DNA from: Anaerolineales bacterium
Lineage (GTDB): Bacteria; Chloroflexota; Anaerolineae; Anaerolineales; UBA4823
Assembly: GCA_014859065.1 (NCBI GenBank)
Contig: JACUUU010000002.1
Location: forward strand, 1-39,911
DNA length: 39,911 nucleotides
Direction: 5' to 3'
Below the pieces are notes generated by a model. The model was given only the letters and a program-made list of their open reading frames with translations, ran no database searches and was not told the DNA's origin. Below, piece by piece: positions 1-9,520 of this stretch (positions are counted from its first letter, which is position 1; each line of letters opens with the position of its first letter). A program made the translations under genes and the position numbers.

Positions 1-2
1 GA

Positions 3-1463
3 GGCGGATCACACTTACCTGACGTTACTCTGGTGCAACCAGTGTTCTTGAAAGAAGACCTGATAGCATTCGTTAGTAATATCGCCCATTGGTCAGATGT
101 AGGTGGACGCTCACCAGGTGTCGGGACTGCCGGGGATTCGACTGAAATTTTCCAAGAAGGACTACGAATACCTCCAACGCGCATCATCAATAAGGGACAT
201 ATTCGGCAGGATATTCTAGATTTGCTGTTTATTAACATGCGCGGCTTAGAAGAACGCCAAGGAGACTTTCGTGCTCAAGTAGCTGCGCTACGTTTGGGAG
301 AACACCGTCTTTTAGAGCTCGCCCATAAATATGGCTTCAAAACCCTGTCTGACTGCATCGAAGAGCTCATGAACTACAGCGAAAGACGATTACGGTTAGC
401 ATTAACAGAAATTCCTGCAGGCACTTATAAGTTTATGGACGCCATGGATGATGATGGTTACCAGGAAAATCAACTGCCGGTGAAAGTGACCATCACAGTA
501 AACACTGAAAATGAACCCTCCATCGAGTTCGATTTTAGCGGTAGCGCCTCACAAGCAAAAGGCGGGATCAATATGGTATGGTCAGCTTTACTTGCCACAG
601 TGTTTTACGCTGTGAAAGCTATCATCGCCCCGGACATTCCTCCCAACGCAGGGTTTCAACGGCCGATCCACATCAATGCACCACCAGGCTGTATGCTTAA
701 TGCCATCGAACCAGCAGCGGTGGGTGGTCGCACTGACACATGCCAACGAGTGGTTGATGTCATCATGGGTGCACTAAGTCAGGCAGTTCCCGAACGAGTC
801 ATTGCTGCTTCGAATGGAGCCACTACGGCGATAATTTTTGGGGGAACAAAATCCCTATCTGGTAAAGATTTTGTTTACGTTGAAGCCTTAGGAGGTGGAA
901 TGGGCGCCCATGCCAACTTAGACGGCATGGATGGAGTTCAGGTTCATATCACCAATACTTCCAACCTTCCTGTTGAGGCGATGGAAATGGAATACCCACT
1001 CCGGGTGCAGCAGTATAAATTGGTAAAAGATTCAGGTGGAGCAGGAACGTATCGGGGAGGTCTATCAATCCGCAAAGATATCCAGGTACTTGTGCCGGTT
1101 CTATTTTCAGCCCACTCTGACCGCCATCGCATACCTCCCTGGGGTTTGGCTGGTGCACACCCGGGGGAGTGTGGTCGCTTTATTCTCAATCCAGACACAT
1201 CAGTTGAAAGGAAGATTAGGTCAAAAATCTCTGGTCTGATAATTAGGGAAAAAGAGGTCATTAGTGCTCAAACCGCAGGTGGGGGAGGGTTTGGATCACC
1301 TTCAGAACGCAACCCTCAGCTCGTCGCGCAGGATTACCTGGAAGGCAAGATCAGTAAAAAACATGCTGTTGAAATTTATGGGGTTAGCCTCACACCTGAA
1401 GGGTATATTGATTGGAACACCACTCATAGTTTACGAAAGGGTCTCCAGGTTAGAGAGGAGTAA
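3..1463 (+). CDS. hyuB: Hydantoinase B/oxoprolinase family protein (5'-truncated by window edge)
   Basis: The frame-3 ORF is open back to nt 3, reading GGSHLPDVTLVQPVF, a motif characteristic of the HyuB/oxoprolinase family, so the GTG at 33 is not the real start. Long conserved-looking ORF, followed 3 nt later by hyuA. Confidence 0.85.
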   Translation, partial: GGSHLPDVTLVQPVFLKEDLIAFVSNIAHWSDVGGRSPGVGTAGDSTEIFQEGLRIPPTRIINKGHIRQDILDLLFINMRGLEERQGDFRAQVAALRLGEHRLLELAHKYGFKTLSDCIEELMNYSERRLRLALTEIPAGTYKFMDAMDDDGYQENQLPVKVTITVNTENEPSIEFDFSGSASQAKGGINMVWSALLATVFYAVKAIIAPDIPPNAGFQRPIHINAPPGCMLNAIEPAAVGGRTDTCQRVVDVIMGALSQAVPERVIAASNGATTAIIFGGTKSLSGKDFVYVEALGGGMGAHANLDGMDGVQVHITNTSNLPVEAMEMEYPLRVQQYKLVKDSGGAGTYRGGLSIRKDIQVLVPVLFSAHSDRHRIPPWGLAGAHPGECGRFILNPDTSVERKIRSKISGLIIREKEVISAQTAGGGGFGSPSERNPQLVAQDYLEGKISKKHAVEIYGVSLTPEGYIDWNTTHSLRKGLQVREE

Positions 1464-1466
1464 GTA

Positions 1467-3548
1467 ATGGTGCGGGTCTCGATCGACATCGGGGGTACTT
1501 TTACAGACGTTATCTTATTTGATGATGAGAGTGGATTGTTATGGTCTAATAAAGTATCTTCAGACCCCAAAGACCCAGCTGATCCATTTATCCATGGGTT
1601 GAAGAAAACCTTAAAGACTGCCAAAACGGATATTATCCAGGTTGACCATCTAATACATGGAACCACCGTGGTCACGAATGCGTTGTTCGAGGGCAAAATT
1701 GCGAAGGTTGGGTTGCTGGTGACGGATGGTTTTGGTGATATTTTGGAAATTGGTCGGCAGAAGAGACCAGACCTTTACAATTTATCCGCACACAAGCTCC
1801 CCCCAATAGTGCCTCGGTCTCGTGTTCGGGAAGTTATTGAACGGGTTGCAGCGAATGGAGAAGTGCTGATCCCATTAGACGAAGTGGATGCTCATTCCAA
1901 ACTGCTCGAATTGGCTGATGCAGGCATCGAAACATTGGCTATAGTGCTGCTTTTCTCTTTTAAGAACATAGATCACGAGTTGAAACTGACTGAGCTAGCA
2001 AGCAAGCTATTTCCTGATGTACCAATTTTTCCTTCTCACCAAATTCTTGCTGAGTTCCGCGAATACGAGCGCACCTCTACTACCGTAATCGCAGCTGCAG
2101 TTGCACCACGGGTAATTTCATATATGCATTCCATAAAAGAGCGATTAAATGATATTGGCGGGATAGAAGACCGCTTGACGATAATGCATTCAGGGGGAGG
2201 CACACTCACCGCGACAGAAGCTGCAACCCGCCCACACACTTTGGTGGAATCTGGCCCTGCAGCTGGGCTGATTGCCTCCAGCCGACTAGCTCAAACCCTG
2301 GACCTCCCACAGGCAATTGCCTTCGATATGGGTGGAACCACTGCCAAATCAGGATTGTTATTGGAGGGAAAACCGCAGTTCAGCACAGAATATGAAGTTG
2401 GCGGCGAGGTTCACGCCAGCGGTCGAGTTTCTGGAAGCGGCTATCCATTACGCTCACCTATGATCGATGTGATCGAGTGTGGCGCTGGAGCAGGCAGTAT
2501 TGCCTGGGTGGACGCAGGATACCACTTGAAGGTCGGTCCACATAGTGCTGGAGCAGACCCCGGCCCAGCTTGTTATGGACTGGGTGGTAGTGAACCGACA
2601 GTGACTGACGCTCATTTGATATTAGGTCGTTTAGCACCTGATTCTTTCCTGGGTGGCGAACTCCCTTTGCAGAACGATCTGGCAGAACAGGCAATCACCT
2701 CGCGTGTAGGTGGAAAATTAAATATGTCCCTAGAAATTGCAGCAGCTGGCATACTGGCAATAGTAAACGCGAACATGCTGCGTATTTTGCGCGTCGTCAG
2801 TGTCGCTCGTGGTCATGACCCCAGGGAATTTACCTTGATTGCTTACGGTGGTGCTGGGCCTATGCACGCCTTAGACCTGGCTGCCGAGTTAGGTATTAGC
2901 CGGGTGATCGTTCCGCGCTTACCTGGCTTATTTTCAGCATTAGGTTTACTTTGCGCTGACCTATCTAACAATTTCCTAGAAACAATAATGATACCTCTTA
3001 CTGAGGAATTCTTAGATGAACTCAACACTTCCTTGTCCCATTTGGCTTTAGCTGCAGAAACCTTGTTTGAACACAATCGTGTAGACCCCCAGGAGCGCTT
3101 ATTACAAATATCAGCAGACTTACGTTATTCGCGCCAGAATTATGAATTGAAAATACCTTTCCCTGCGATCCAGTTGACTCCTCGAGACATTGTTTCGATA
3201 ACAAAACAATTTCATCAAGAACACCAGACAGTATACGGTCACAGCGCACCAGACGAAAGAGTACAGGTTGTAAATATACATGTGCAAGCAGTCAAGCGGG
3301 TTACAGCACCACAATTCCCCCAAATCAATACTGCCAATCGCTCAGCCCAAGCTGCAATCATGGGAACCCGTAAGGTTTGGTTCTCTGGTGGCTATATTGA
3401 CTGCCCCATCTACAATCGCGCTGAACTGCAAGCAGGTCATACTCTTCATGGTCCAGCCATCATCCAAGAGAAAGAATCAACAACAGTGGTAAATCCTGAA
3501 CGACATCTCCTTGTTGACCAGTTTGGTAACCTTGTGATCCAATTATAA
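1467..3548 (+). CDS. hyuA: Hydantoinase A/oxoprolinase family protein
   Basis: 693 aa. The N-terminal VSIDIGGTFTDVILFD and internal FDMGGTTAK ATPase-type motifs are typical of Hydantoinase_A. Tightly coupled to hyuB (3-nt gap). Confidence 0.85.
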   Translation: MVRVSIDIGGTFTDVILFDDESGLLWSNKVSSDPKDPADPFIHGLKKTLKTAKTDIIQVDHLIHGTTVVTNALFEGKIAKVGLLVTDGFGDILEIGRQKRPDLYNLSAHKLPPIVPRSRVREVIERVAANGEVLIPLDEVDAHSKLLELADAGIETLAIVLLFSFKNIDHELKLTELASKLFPDVPIFPSHQILAEFREYERTSTTVIAAAVAPRVISYMHSIKERLNDIGGIEDRLTIMHSGGGTLTATEAATRPHTLVESGPAAGLIASSRLAQTLDLPQAIAFDMGGTTAKSGLLLEGKPQFSTEYEVGGEVHASGRVSGSGYPLRSPMIDVIECGAGAGSIAWVDAGYHLKVGPHSAGADPGPACYGLGGSEPTVTDAHLILGRLAPDSFLGGELPLQNDLAEQAITSRVGGKLNMSLEIAAAGILAIVNANMLRILRVVSVARGHDPREFTLIAYGGAGPMHALDLAAELGISRVIVPRLPGLFSALGLLCADLSNNFLETIMIPLTEEFLDELNTSLSHLALAAETLFEHNRVDPQERLLQISADLRYSRQNYELKIPFPAIQLTPRDIVSITKQFHQEHQTVYGHSAPDERVQVVNIHVQAVKRVTAPQFPQINTANRSAQAAIMGTRKVWFSGGYIDCPIYNRAELQAGHTLHGPAIIQEKESTTVVNPERHLLVDQFGNLVIQL

Positions 3549-3721
3549 TAAGGTGCTGCTCGGGGTTTCTGGGCGTCATTAGAAAGCTTGATTCGAGAGT
3601 AAAAGCAGCAGCATCTGGTTTATCTGTTGCCCTGGCGATCTCAATCAAGTTGGTCTGAGATTATTCAATGCTCAAATAATTCACAAAGCTTACATTTTAA
3701 TTTCTGGGTATAATTCCAGTT

Positions 3722-4228
3722 CTATTGGTTTCTATGCGGCCAACGGACTAATAAAACGACCAGAAGGATTAATCCAACCCACCCTAACCAATAATCCAGA
3801 GGTCCGAAGAATTTACCAATATGCGTAACATCTTTTTTTCTCTCATTCAACTCAGCCACGAAAGATTCAGATGCCTCTGGGTTATCGACCCGGTTGATGA
3901 TAATTACCAATGGGGCCAATCTGAACCCTGCCAGACGTTTCCAAACGTTCATCACCAATTTCTCTCCAACCATCGTGGCGCTGGCATCACTAATATGCAC
4001 AGGTCCAGAAAAAGCCTCGATCATTTTCAGCGCGATTGGTTTTGCATGTGTTTTTACCTGGCGAAGAACCTCTTCTCCTTTCTCTTGGGATGTTCTTACT
4101 TTGTCCACCTGTTCCAGGATTCCAGTCATGCTCACAAATAGAAAATTTCCCTTTAAGGTAAAGGTAATCACTTCGTCTGGATTGTCAGCATCACGAGCTG
4201 TAAAGGTGAATGTTTCTGTCATAACCAA
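3722..4228 (-). CDS. Hypothetical tail-anchored membrane protein
   Basis: 168-aa ORF with protein-like composition and a single C-terminal hydrophobic segment (LDYWLGWVGLILLVVLLV). I recognise no family motif. Confidence 0.5.
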   Translation of the reverse strand: MVMTETFTFTARDADNPDEVITFTLKGNFLFVSMTGILEQVDKVRTSQEKGEEVLRQVKTHAKPIALKMIEAFSGPVHISDASATMVGEKLVMNVWKRLAGFRLAPLVIIINRVDNPEASESFVAELNERKKDVTHIGKFFGPLDYWLGWVGLILLVVLLVRWPHRNQ

Positions 4229-4317
4229 CCCTCCTTTAATTCAGAAAAAATCGCTTTGATTCTTCAATTATAATTATAGACCAAATATTTAGAGTTTTGG
4301 GAACTGCAAGATAAAAA

Positions 4318-4776
4318 ATGATAAAAAGAACAACAATTGTATTTTTCTCTCTACTGATCTTTCTCACTGGATGCAGCCTGTCTCCCACCCCTCAAGCCAC
4401 ACCCACAGCGGAAGAACAACCTATTATCATTCCCGAATTGAACGGGTCCTTCTGGATAGTTGCTTCGATTAATGGCAATGACCCTATCAGGGGCACTTCT
4501 ATCACGCTGACTTTTGTTGATGGTTGGGTAACAGGTAATAGCGGCTGTAATACCTATGGTGGTGAATATGCAGCCAATGATCAGGGCGAATTAGATGTGT
4601 TGTTTTTAATCAGGCAGGAGGTCTCCTGCCTGGAGCCGCCTGGAATCATGGAACAGGAAGACATGTACTTGGATATCCTTGAAGGCATCGAACAATATGG
4701 ATTGGTCGAAGGGTATCTCAGACTTGATGCTAGTGATGATTACCTGCTTTTAGGACAATTAGCAATAACAGAATGA
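4318..4776 (+). CDS. META domain (HslJ-like) lipoprotein
   Basis: Signal peptide with lipobox LTGC. The body matches the META/HslJ pattern (WIVASINGN...ITLTF.DGWVTGNSGCNTYGGEY). Confidence 0.7.
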   Translation: MIKRTTIVFFSLLIFLTGCSLSPTPQATPTAEEQPIIIPELNGSFWIVASINGNDPIRGTSITLTFVDGWVTGNSGCNTYGGEYAANDQGELDVLFLIRQEVSCLEPPGIMEQEDMYLDILEGIEQYGLVEGYLRLDASDDYLLLGQLAITE

Positions 4777-4786
4777 GGGATAGATC

Positions 4787-5083
4787 TTGTTTGCTAACTC
4801 TTTCGATAGCCACCCATTATTTGATGAAGTCGAGAAATTGCTGCAAGATGCAGCCAATGCACATCACGATGCATACCTGGCAACCGATGGCTTCGACCCG
4901 GAATGGCCAATTTGGTATGCGGAATATTTATTGGAACCACTCTCAAGCATCCTTCAGGTATCAATTACCAAGAGCGAATTGGTCTATTTATTGGTACGAA
5001 TGGATAAAGAGCAATCTGAAATACCTGCTGGAGAAGATTGGTATTCCAGTTATACAAATAAACTTCTCAAGTATTTCTCCTAA
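4787..5083 (+). CDS. Hypothetical acidic protein
   Basis: 98-aa ORF with a TTG start 6 nt after a GAGGGA Shine-Dalgarno-like site. Its composition is protein-like, unlike the overlapping 4773..5174 ORF. No family recognised. Confidence 0.45.
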   Translation: MFANSFDSHPLFDEVEKLLQDAANAHHDAYLATDGFDPEWPIWYAEYLLEPLSSILQVSITKSELVYLLVRMDKEQSEIPAGEDWYSSYTNKLLKYFS

Positions 5084-5192
5084 CCTTTGTTGCTATCCCA
5101 TTTTCAAGCCATCACGCATAATTTCTTATGAATTACCACCTTTTAATCCAACTTGCTTATTGGTTGGTATTTAAATTAAAAATCGAAGTCAA

Positions 5193-6083
5193 TCAGTTGG
5201 CTATACGCACAACCCCGAGATATACCGAACCAGTGGTATCACCAAAACCAGATACTTCGGTTTCTCCTGGAAGTCTCCATCCACAAGTCTCGAACACTAG
5301 AAGATCCTGGACAAGGATCGCTGGATTGAGAACTCCTATGGCCACTGCAAAATCAAGTGTTTTTTCCACAGGTAAAGTCATATATGCCCCCAGGTGCTGA
5401 GGTGGGATGCGGGCAACCGCGATCAACTCCAATCCTGTGATTTCTACAGACCCTTGCAGCAAGGAAATACCTGCTCCGGTTATCATTTGTGCATTGTGGT
5501 TGACTTGAACGGTTGTGTACAAACCCTGGTTTATACCTGTCCCCTCTATAACGCTGCGAAATTTTTCTCCTTCACCACCCACACCTGAATGCACGCTGGT
5601 AAAAATCACCTGCCTGCCAGTCGAAGCTGAGAAGGTATATACACATCCTTGACCATCACCAAAAATACACTCTCCACCTGGAAGAAAAGATATCTCAACT
5701 GGTTTGCCAGAACTTAAAAGACTATCCTCTGGCAGAATCCTGATCGTTACCCTCAGAGAACCAGGAGAAAAATCAATCTCTTCAAAAATTTTGTAATTAA
5801 CAATGCTAAATTGGTCCGAATTCTCGGGGTCAATATTTTGATCAATAATTGGTAGAAATAATTGGTAGCTTTGGAAAGGCTGGAAAGGTGTCGGCAAGGA
5901 GATTGGGAATTGATTTAGTTCATTTTCTTTTTGACTAAGTTTAACAAATGCTAGGTTTGTGACCACAGGTAGCAAGCGTGCAGCAGGAAATACCAAAAAC
6001 CCACCAATTATGAATAAGGCCATCGCGGTGATAATGCGCCAGTGGTGAAGCAACTTCAACTCTAACCCTATTTCCTTTTTCAT
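5193..6083 (-). CDS. Membrane-anchored hypothetical protein; candidate sortase-like cysteine transpeptidase (motif-level only)
   Basis: N-terminal TM anchor (IITAMALFIIGGFLVF). Ordered His165 (TSVHSG), Cys267 in LLVFETCGW (resembles the sortase TLxTC motif) and Arg293 (VVRIA) near the C-terminus. Codons checked: His at 5589-5591, Cys at 5283-5285. Confidence 0.35.
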   Translation of the reverse strand: MKKEIGLELKLLHHWRIITAMALFIIGGFLVFPAARLLPVVTNLAFVKLSQKENELNQFPISLPTPFQPFQSYQLFLPIIDQNIDPENSDQFSIVNYKIFEEIDFSPGSLRVTIRILPEDSLLSSGKPVEISFLPGGECIFGDGQGCVYTFSASTGRQVIFTSVHSGVGGEGEKFRSVIEGTGINQGLYTTVQVNHNAQMITGAGISLLQGSVEITGLELIAVARIPPQHLGAYMTLPVEKTLDFAVAIGVLNPAILVQDLLVFETCGWRLPGETEVSGFGDTTGSVYLGVVRIAN

Positions 6084-6172
6084 CAGATTGCACTTACGAG
6101 CATTGGATTTAGGCTAACGAGGAGCTGGAAATTAATAATTCGTGGGAGTCAAAATAGATTATGAGTGCGCTG

Positions 6173-6868
6173 TTATTGCTTTCTGGCTTTAAATAACTTT
6201 GCCCTTTCTATCCATGCCAATGTGATCGCCAACCCAATCAAGCTAGAGCCGAAAACCCACCGAACTGCTTCTGTTTTCTCAAAATTTCCTCTCCCTCCCA
6301 TTGGAGGACGCTGCGTCTCTGTTGCTGTTATCACCGCTGTGCTTGTCAATGTTGGAGTAACAGTAGGAGAGTGAGTAGCTGTATTCGTTGTTGTTGGGGT
6401 TGGTGAAGACGTACTTGTGGGAGTTGGAGTTGAAGTGTGCGTAGAGGTAGGTGTTGGAGTTAAGGTATCAGGAGGTACTGGTGTAGGTGTCTGCAAAATT
6501 TGAAAGTGACGTAGCTGTTGGATACCATCTCCACACCAATATGTATCTCCATCAATTCGTTCACAGATAGTGCCTTCAGGTGGTGGTGGGATTTCAGGCT
6601 CCAAACAATAAGCCAGCAATTCCCAAGCTTGTTGATGACAAAGGCGGAACCGCTGCACCGGGTTTGGAACACCTGGAACAACCCCCATACCCAGGTCCTC
6701 ACAAACACTCCAACCGAAAACGGGTAAATCTTCTTGATTCAATGTTGCCGCCGATGATTGCCAGACCTGCAAGCTAAACAGCAAACCAATGGCAACCATT
6801 GGAACGACCAACCCCAAAATTCGACTTTTCAGATACGGGAAATAGAATAAAATTTTGATCCTATTCAT
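6173..6868 (-). CDS. Secreted five-Cys domain protein with Pro/Thr-rich linker and C-terminal TM plus basic tail
   Basis: I prefer the start at the internal ATG (6868), which gives a signal peptide MNRIKILF...VWQSSA|AT; the ORF-track start is 6943. The mature protein has a ~85-aa domain with 5 Cys, a ~59-aa PT linker, then RPPMGGRGNFEKTEA, a hydrophobic stretch VRWVFGSSLIGLAITLAWI and the basic tail ERAKLFKARKQ. Confidence 0.6.
   Translation of the reverse strand: MNRIKILFYFPYLKSRILGLVVPMVAIGLLFSLQVWQSSAATLNQEDLPVFGWSVCEDLGMGVVPGVPNPVQRFRLCHQQAWELLAYCLEPEIPPPPEGTICERIDGDTYWCGDGIQQLRHFQILQTPTPVPPDTLTPTPTSTHTSTPTPTSTSSPTPTTTNTATHSPTVTPTLTSTAVITATETQRPPMGGRGNFEKTEAVRWVFGSSLIGLAITLAWIERAKLFKARKQ
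6317..6493 (-). repeat. Low-complexity Pro/Thr-linker coding repeat
   Basis: Imperfect (ACN/CCN)n tracts encode TPTPVPPDTLTPTPTSTHTSTPTPTSTSSPTPTTTNTATHSPTVTPTLTST. This is a coding repeat, not an interspaced one. Confidence 0.8.
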
Positions 6869-7020
6869 GGTAATTTTTCCACGAGATAAACTCATACATA
6901 CCAGGAGCAGGATTCGTGCCAACTTCCGACAAATATTATCCAATTCCCGAGGATTTGTTCAATCTAAACCGCTGATGTTTGATTGTTTTATGACTTTCTA
7001 GCCAACCGACCTTCTATATG

Positions 7021-8211
7021 TTACTCGTATCTGAAACGCTTGACCCCTATTACAAAGAATATAACCGCAAAACCCAACAGCACCAACACACTCGAAAGGA
7101 CTTCTACCAGATCCTGACCACGCATAACTAATCCAGTAAAACCTTGCATAGCCCAAGTGGTTGGTAACACCTTTACCAAAGTCTGAAGTGTTGAAGGGAA
7201 TAATTCGAGTGGATACCAGCACCCTCCCAGTAACGCCATCACCATACCCAACATAATGCTCAAGTTACTGGCTTGCTTCTCGGTTTTGACAAAAGTACCC
7301 AACATTGTTCCAAAGGCTACAGCAGCCAGGCAAAAAGATATAGCCATTACGAGCACACCGCTTGGAGACCTGCCCCAATCAACACTGAGGATAAATGCCC
7401 CAAACCCAATCAGTATGCCAATTTGTATTAAAGCCAAAACAGACTGCCCAGTAATTGTTCCGAGCAAAAAAGTAGGTTTGCTGGTTGGTGTGGTAAGCAG
7501 TCTCTCCAGGGTTTTATTGTTTCTCTCGATAGCAAATAAACCAGATATACCCAACAAAGGTATGAAAACCCAGGTAATCATTTGTCCAACTGATGCCTGC
7601 GCAACAGGGTCATAACTGGTTGTCCTGATTTTCTCTGGCCAGCTAGCCTCTACTTTATTGGGTTCCAAATTGAATGCATTCTGAGCTGCCAGCAGGCTTG
7701 AATTAAAAATTTCCTGTTTATCATCTTCACTGGTGATAGCGGACAGCATTTCAGCTTCAGCAACACTGTTACGAGCTACCTCGAGGCTGCGATCAAAGTC
7801 GCTTAGCACAGCCCGAACTGCCTGTTCAGCTGCATCAGCCCTGCTATTGTTAGGAGTTTTTTTCAGTTCCAAACTGACTTGTTCACCACTCAACAATCCA
7901 ACCTCGAAACCAGACGGGATGACCAACAAGACAGGCGCCCTGTTATCTTTATAAGCTCTCTCACCCTCACTCAAAGAGACAACTTGGGGATCCAGTGTTC
8001 TATTCTCAATCAAACCTGAAGCAAACTCGGAAGCTAACTGACTTTCATCTTCATTTACCAAGAGCAATGGAGTCGGTGAATCCGAGCCCTGTGAAGCCCC
8101 TCCACTCAACAAGAAAGTAAACACAACTGGCAAAATCAGGAAAAACAATATTTCTGACCGGTCAGAAAAACGCATCAAAAAATCTTTCCAGGCGATGTTA
8201 ATAATCTTCAT
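7021..8211 (-). CDS. ABC-2 type transporter permease
   Basis: 396 aa: N-terminal TM, a ~170-aa extracytoplasmic loop, then a 5-TM bundle. The N-terminus MKIINIAWKDFLMRF is paralogous to the neighbouring permease. Confidence 0.8.
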   Translation of the reverse strand: MKIINIAWKDFLMRFSDRSEILFFLILPVVFTFLLSGGASQGSDSPTPLLLVNEDESQLASEFASGLIENRTLDPQVVSLSEGERAYKDNRAPVLLVIPSGFEVGLLSGEQVSLELKKTPNNSRADAAEQAVRAVLSDFDRSLEVARNSVAEAEMLSAITSEDDKQEIFNSSLLAAQNAFNLEPNKVEASWPEKIRTTSYDPVAQASVGQMITWVFIPLLGISGLFAIERNNKTLERLLTTPTSKPTFLLGTITGQSVLALIQIGILIGFGAFILSVDWGRSPSGVLVMAISFCLAAVAFGTMLGTFVKTEKQASNLSIMLGMVMALLGGCWYPLELFPSTLQTLVKVLPTTWAMQGFTGLVMRGQDLVEVLSSVLVLLGFAVIFFVIGVKRFRYE

Positions 8212-8227
8212 TAATCAGTTCCTTTAC

Positions 8228-9493
8228 TTATTTTACAAAACCAGAAATCCATCGCTGACGAGAAAAAAATACAGCAACAACAAACAGGATTGCAGCCATC
8301 GCGAATAATGCCCCGATAGGAGTCGCTAAATCAGCCAGCCTCCCATCACCAGCCAGGGTTGAAAAACCATCCATTGACCAGGCATTGGGTGTAATTCTGC
8401 TTAACATTCTCACCGGGGTGGAAAAACTTTCAATGGGAATAAATACTCCACCCAGAACTCCAAACAAGAGCATTAACGCTGATCCAACGCTGGATACCTG
8501 AAAAGGTGTTTTGGCGAAAGAAGCCAGAAGAATGCCCCATCCTGTGGCTGCAGCTGCCACTGCTGCTATAAGAGCGATCAAACCAACTGGATCTCCCCAA
8601 CGTAAGCCAAACAACATGGCTGACACAAGAATCAGCACGCTCACTTGAATAAAACCGGTTATATATATCGCCAACATTTTACCCCCCAAGACCACCGAAG
8701 TACTGGTAGGTGAAACCAACATGCGTGACAATGTACCTTGATCCCTTTCAGCCAGGATGCTGCGTCCACCCTGCGTAACTGTGTACATCAAGAAGAAAAC
8801 CGCCATCCCCGGGGCTAGGTAAGCCAGGTAACCTGGTTCATTTGTTTCTTCGTCTTGTGATCCAGTATCGATGCGCACAACTCCAGTCTCCCTCTCTTCC
8901 ACGGATGATTGCAAACGGGCAACCAACCCCGGGACGTACTCAGGCACATCCTGTGGTAAAAGATAGCCGTTGTCCAACAGCTGCGCAATGATCACTTTCC
9001 CACCAACTGGACCAGCTTCGATGCGGTTCACTACCTCTGTTACTACTGAGAGAGCAATCCCTGCGCTGATCGGCCTGACAGGGTTTGAATATACCTCAAC
9101 AGGTGCAATTTGACTGGTATGTCCAGTCAAGAGGTCTGGCAGGATGCCATCGGAAAAACCTGGCGGAATAATGATCACAGCCGCAACTTGATCTTCTTCT
9201 AATTGCAGACGGGCTGCACCTTCATCATAACTATTTGTGGTGGTGAACAATTCAGCCATTTGCTCTGATTCGAATGCAGCCACGATGGAATCACCTAACC
9301 GACCCGCATCCTGGTTGACAATAACAACGGGAATTTCACTGAGCCCCATTGTCCCAGCTCTTGAGAAAGCGCCAGTCACAGCACCTAAGCCCAGGATCAA
9401 TAAAAGTGGTGCCGCCAGCATCATAATCAGGGCTGCAATATCTTTGAAGGTGATAATAAAATCTTTCCAGGCAATTACAATTATTTTCTTCAT
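8228..9493 (-). CDS. ABC-2 type transporter permease (paralog)
   Basis: 421 aa with the same architecture. The N-terminus MKKIIVIAWKDFIITF is shared with 7021..8211. Confidence 0.8.
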   Translation of the reverse strand: MKKIIVIAWKDFIITFKDIAALIMMLAAPLLLILGLGAVTGAFSRAGTMGLSEIPVVIVNQDAGRLGDSIVAAFESEQMAELFTTTNSYDEGAARLQLEEDQVAAVIIIPPGFSDGILPDLLTGHTSQIAPVEVYSNPVRPISAGIALSVVTEVVNRIEAGPVGGKVIIAQLLDNGYLLPQDVPEYVPGLVARLQSSVEERETGVVRIDTGSQDEETNEPGYLAYLAPGMAVFFLMYTVTQGGRSILAERDQGTLSRMLVSPTSTSVVLGGKMLAIYITGFIQVSVLILVSAMLFGLRWGDPVGLIALIAAVAAAATGWGILLASFAKTPFQVSSVGSALMLLFGVLGGVFIPIESFSTPVRMLSRITPNAWSMDGFSTLAGDGRLADLATPIGALFAMAAILFVVAVFFSRQRWISGFVK

Positions 9494-9520
9494 AGCAATA
9501 TTCTCATAAACTTAGAGTTT

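Noticed and set aside
3551-3614. Possible terminator after hyuA: TGCTGCT pairing with AGCAGCA.
   Set aside because: The stem is only 7 bp, the loop is about 45 nt, and there is no U-tract. It is not a credible intrinsic terminator.
4773-5174. A 133-aa ORF overlapping the 98-aa ORF at 4787..5083 in another frame.
   Set aside because: Its composition is Cys/Trp/His-rich and not protein-like, and it has no Shine-Dalgarno site. The 98-aa frame has an SD site and normal composition.
6317-6493. Repetitive DNA that might have been a CRISPR array or tandem repeat.
   Set aside because: It is in-frame, low-complexity Pro/Thr-linker coding sequence. There is no repeat-spacer periodicity and no cas genes. 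No CRISPR array exists anywhere in the window.
6590-6640. An AYCLEPE motif in the five-Cys domain resembles the [YFL]C[hydrophobic][DNEQ] Cys motif of Cys-Gln thioester (TED/TQXA) adhesin domains.
   Set aside because: The whole N-terminal domain is only ~85 aa. There is no convincing downstream TQxA/[hydrophobic]Q...W Gln motif at the usual 100-150 aa spacing. It is too small to be a thioester domain.
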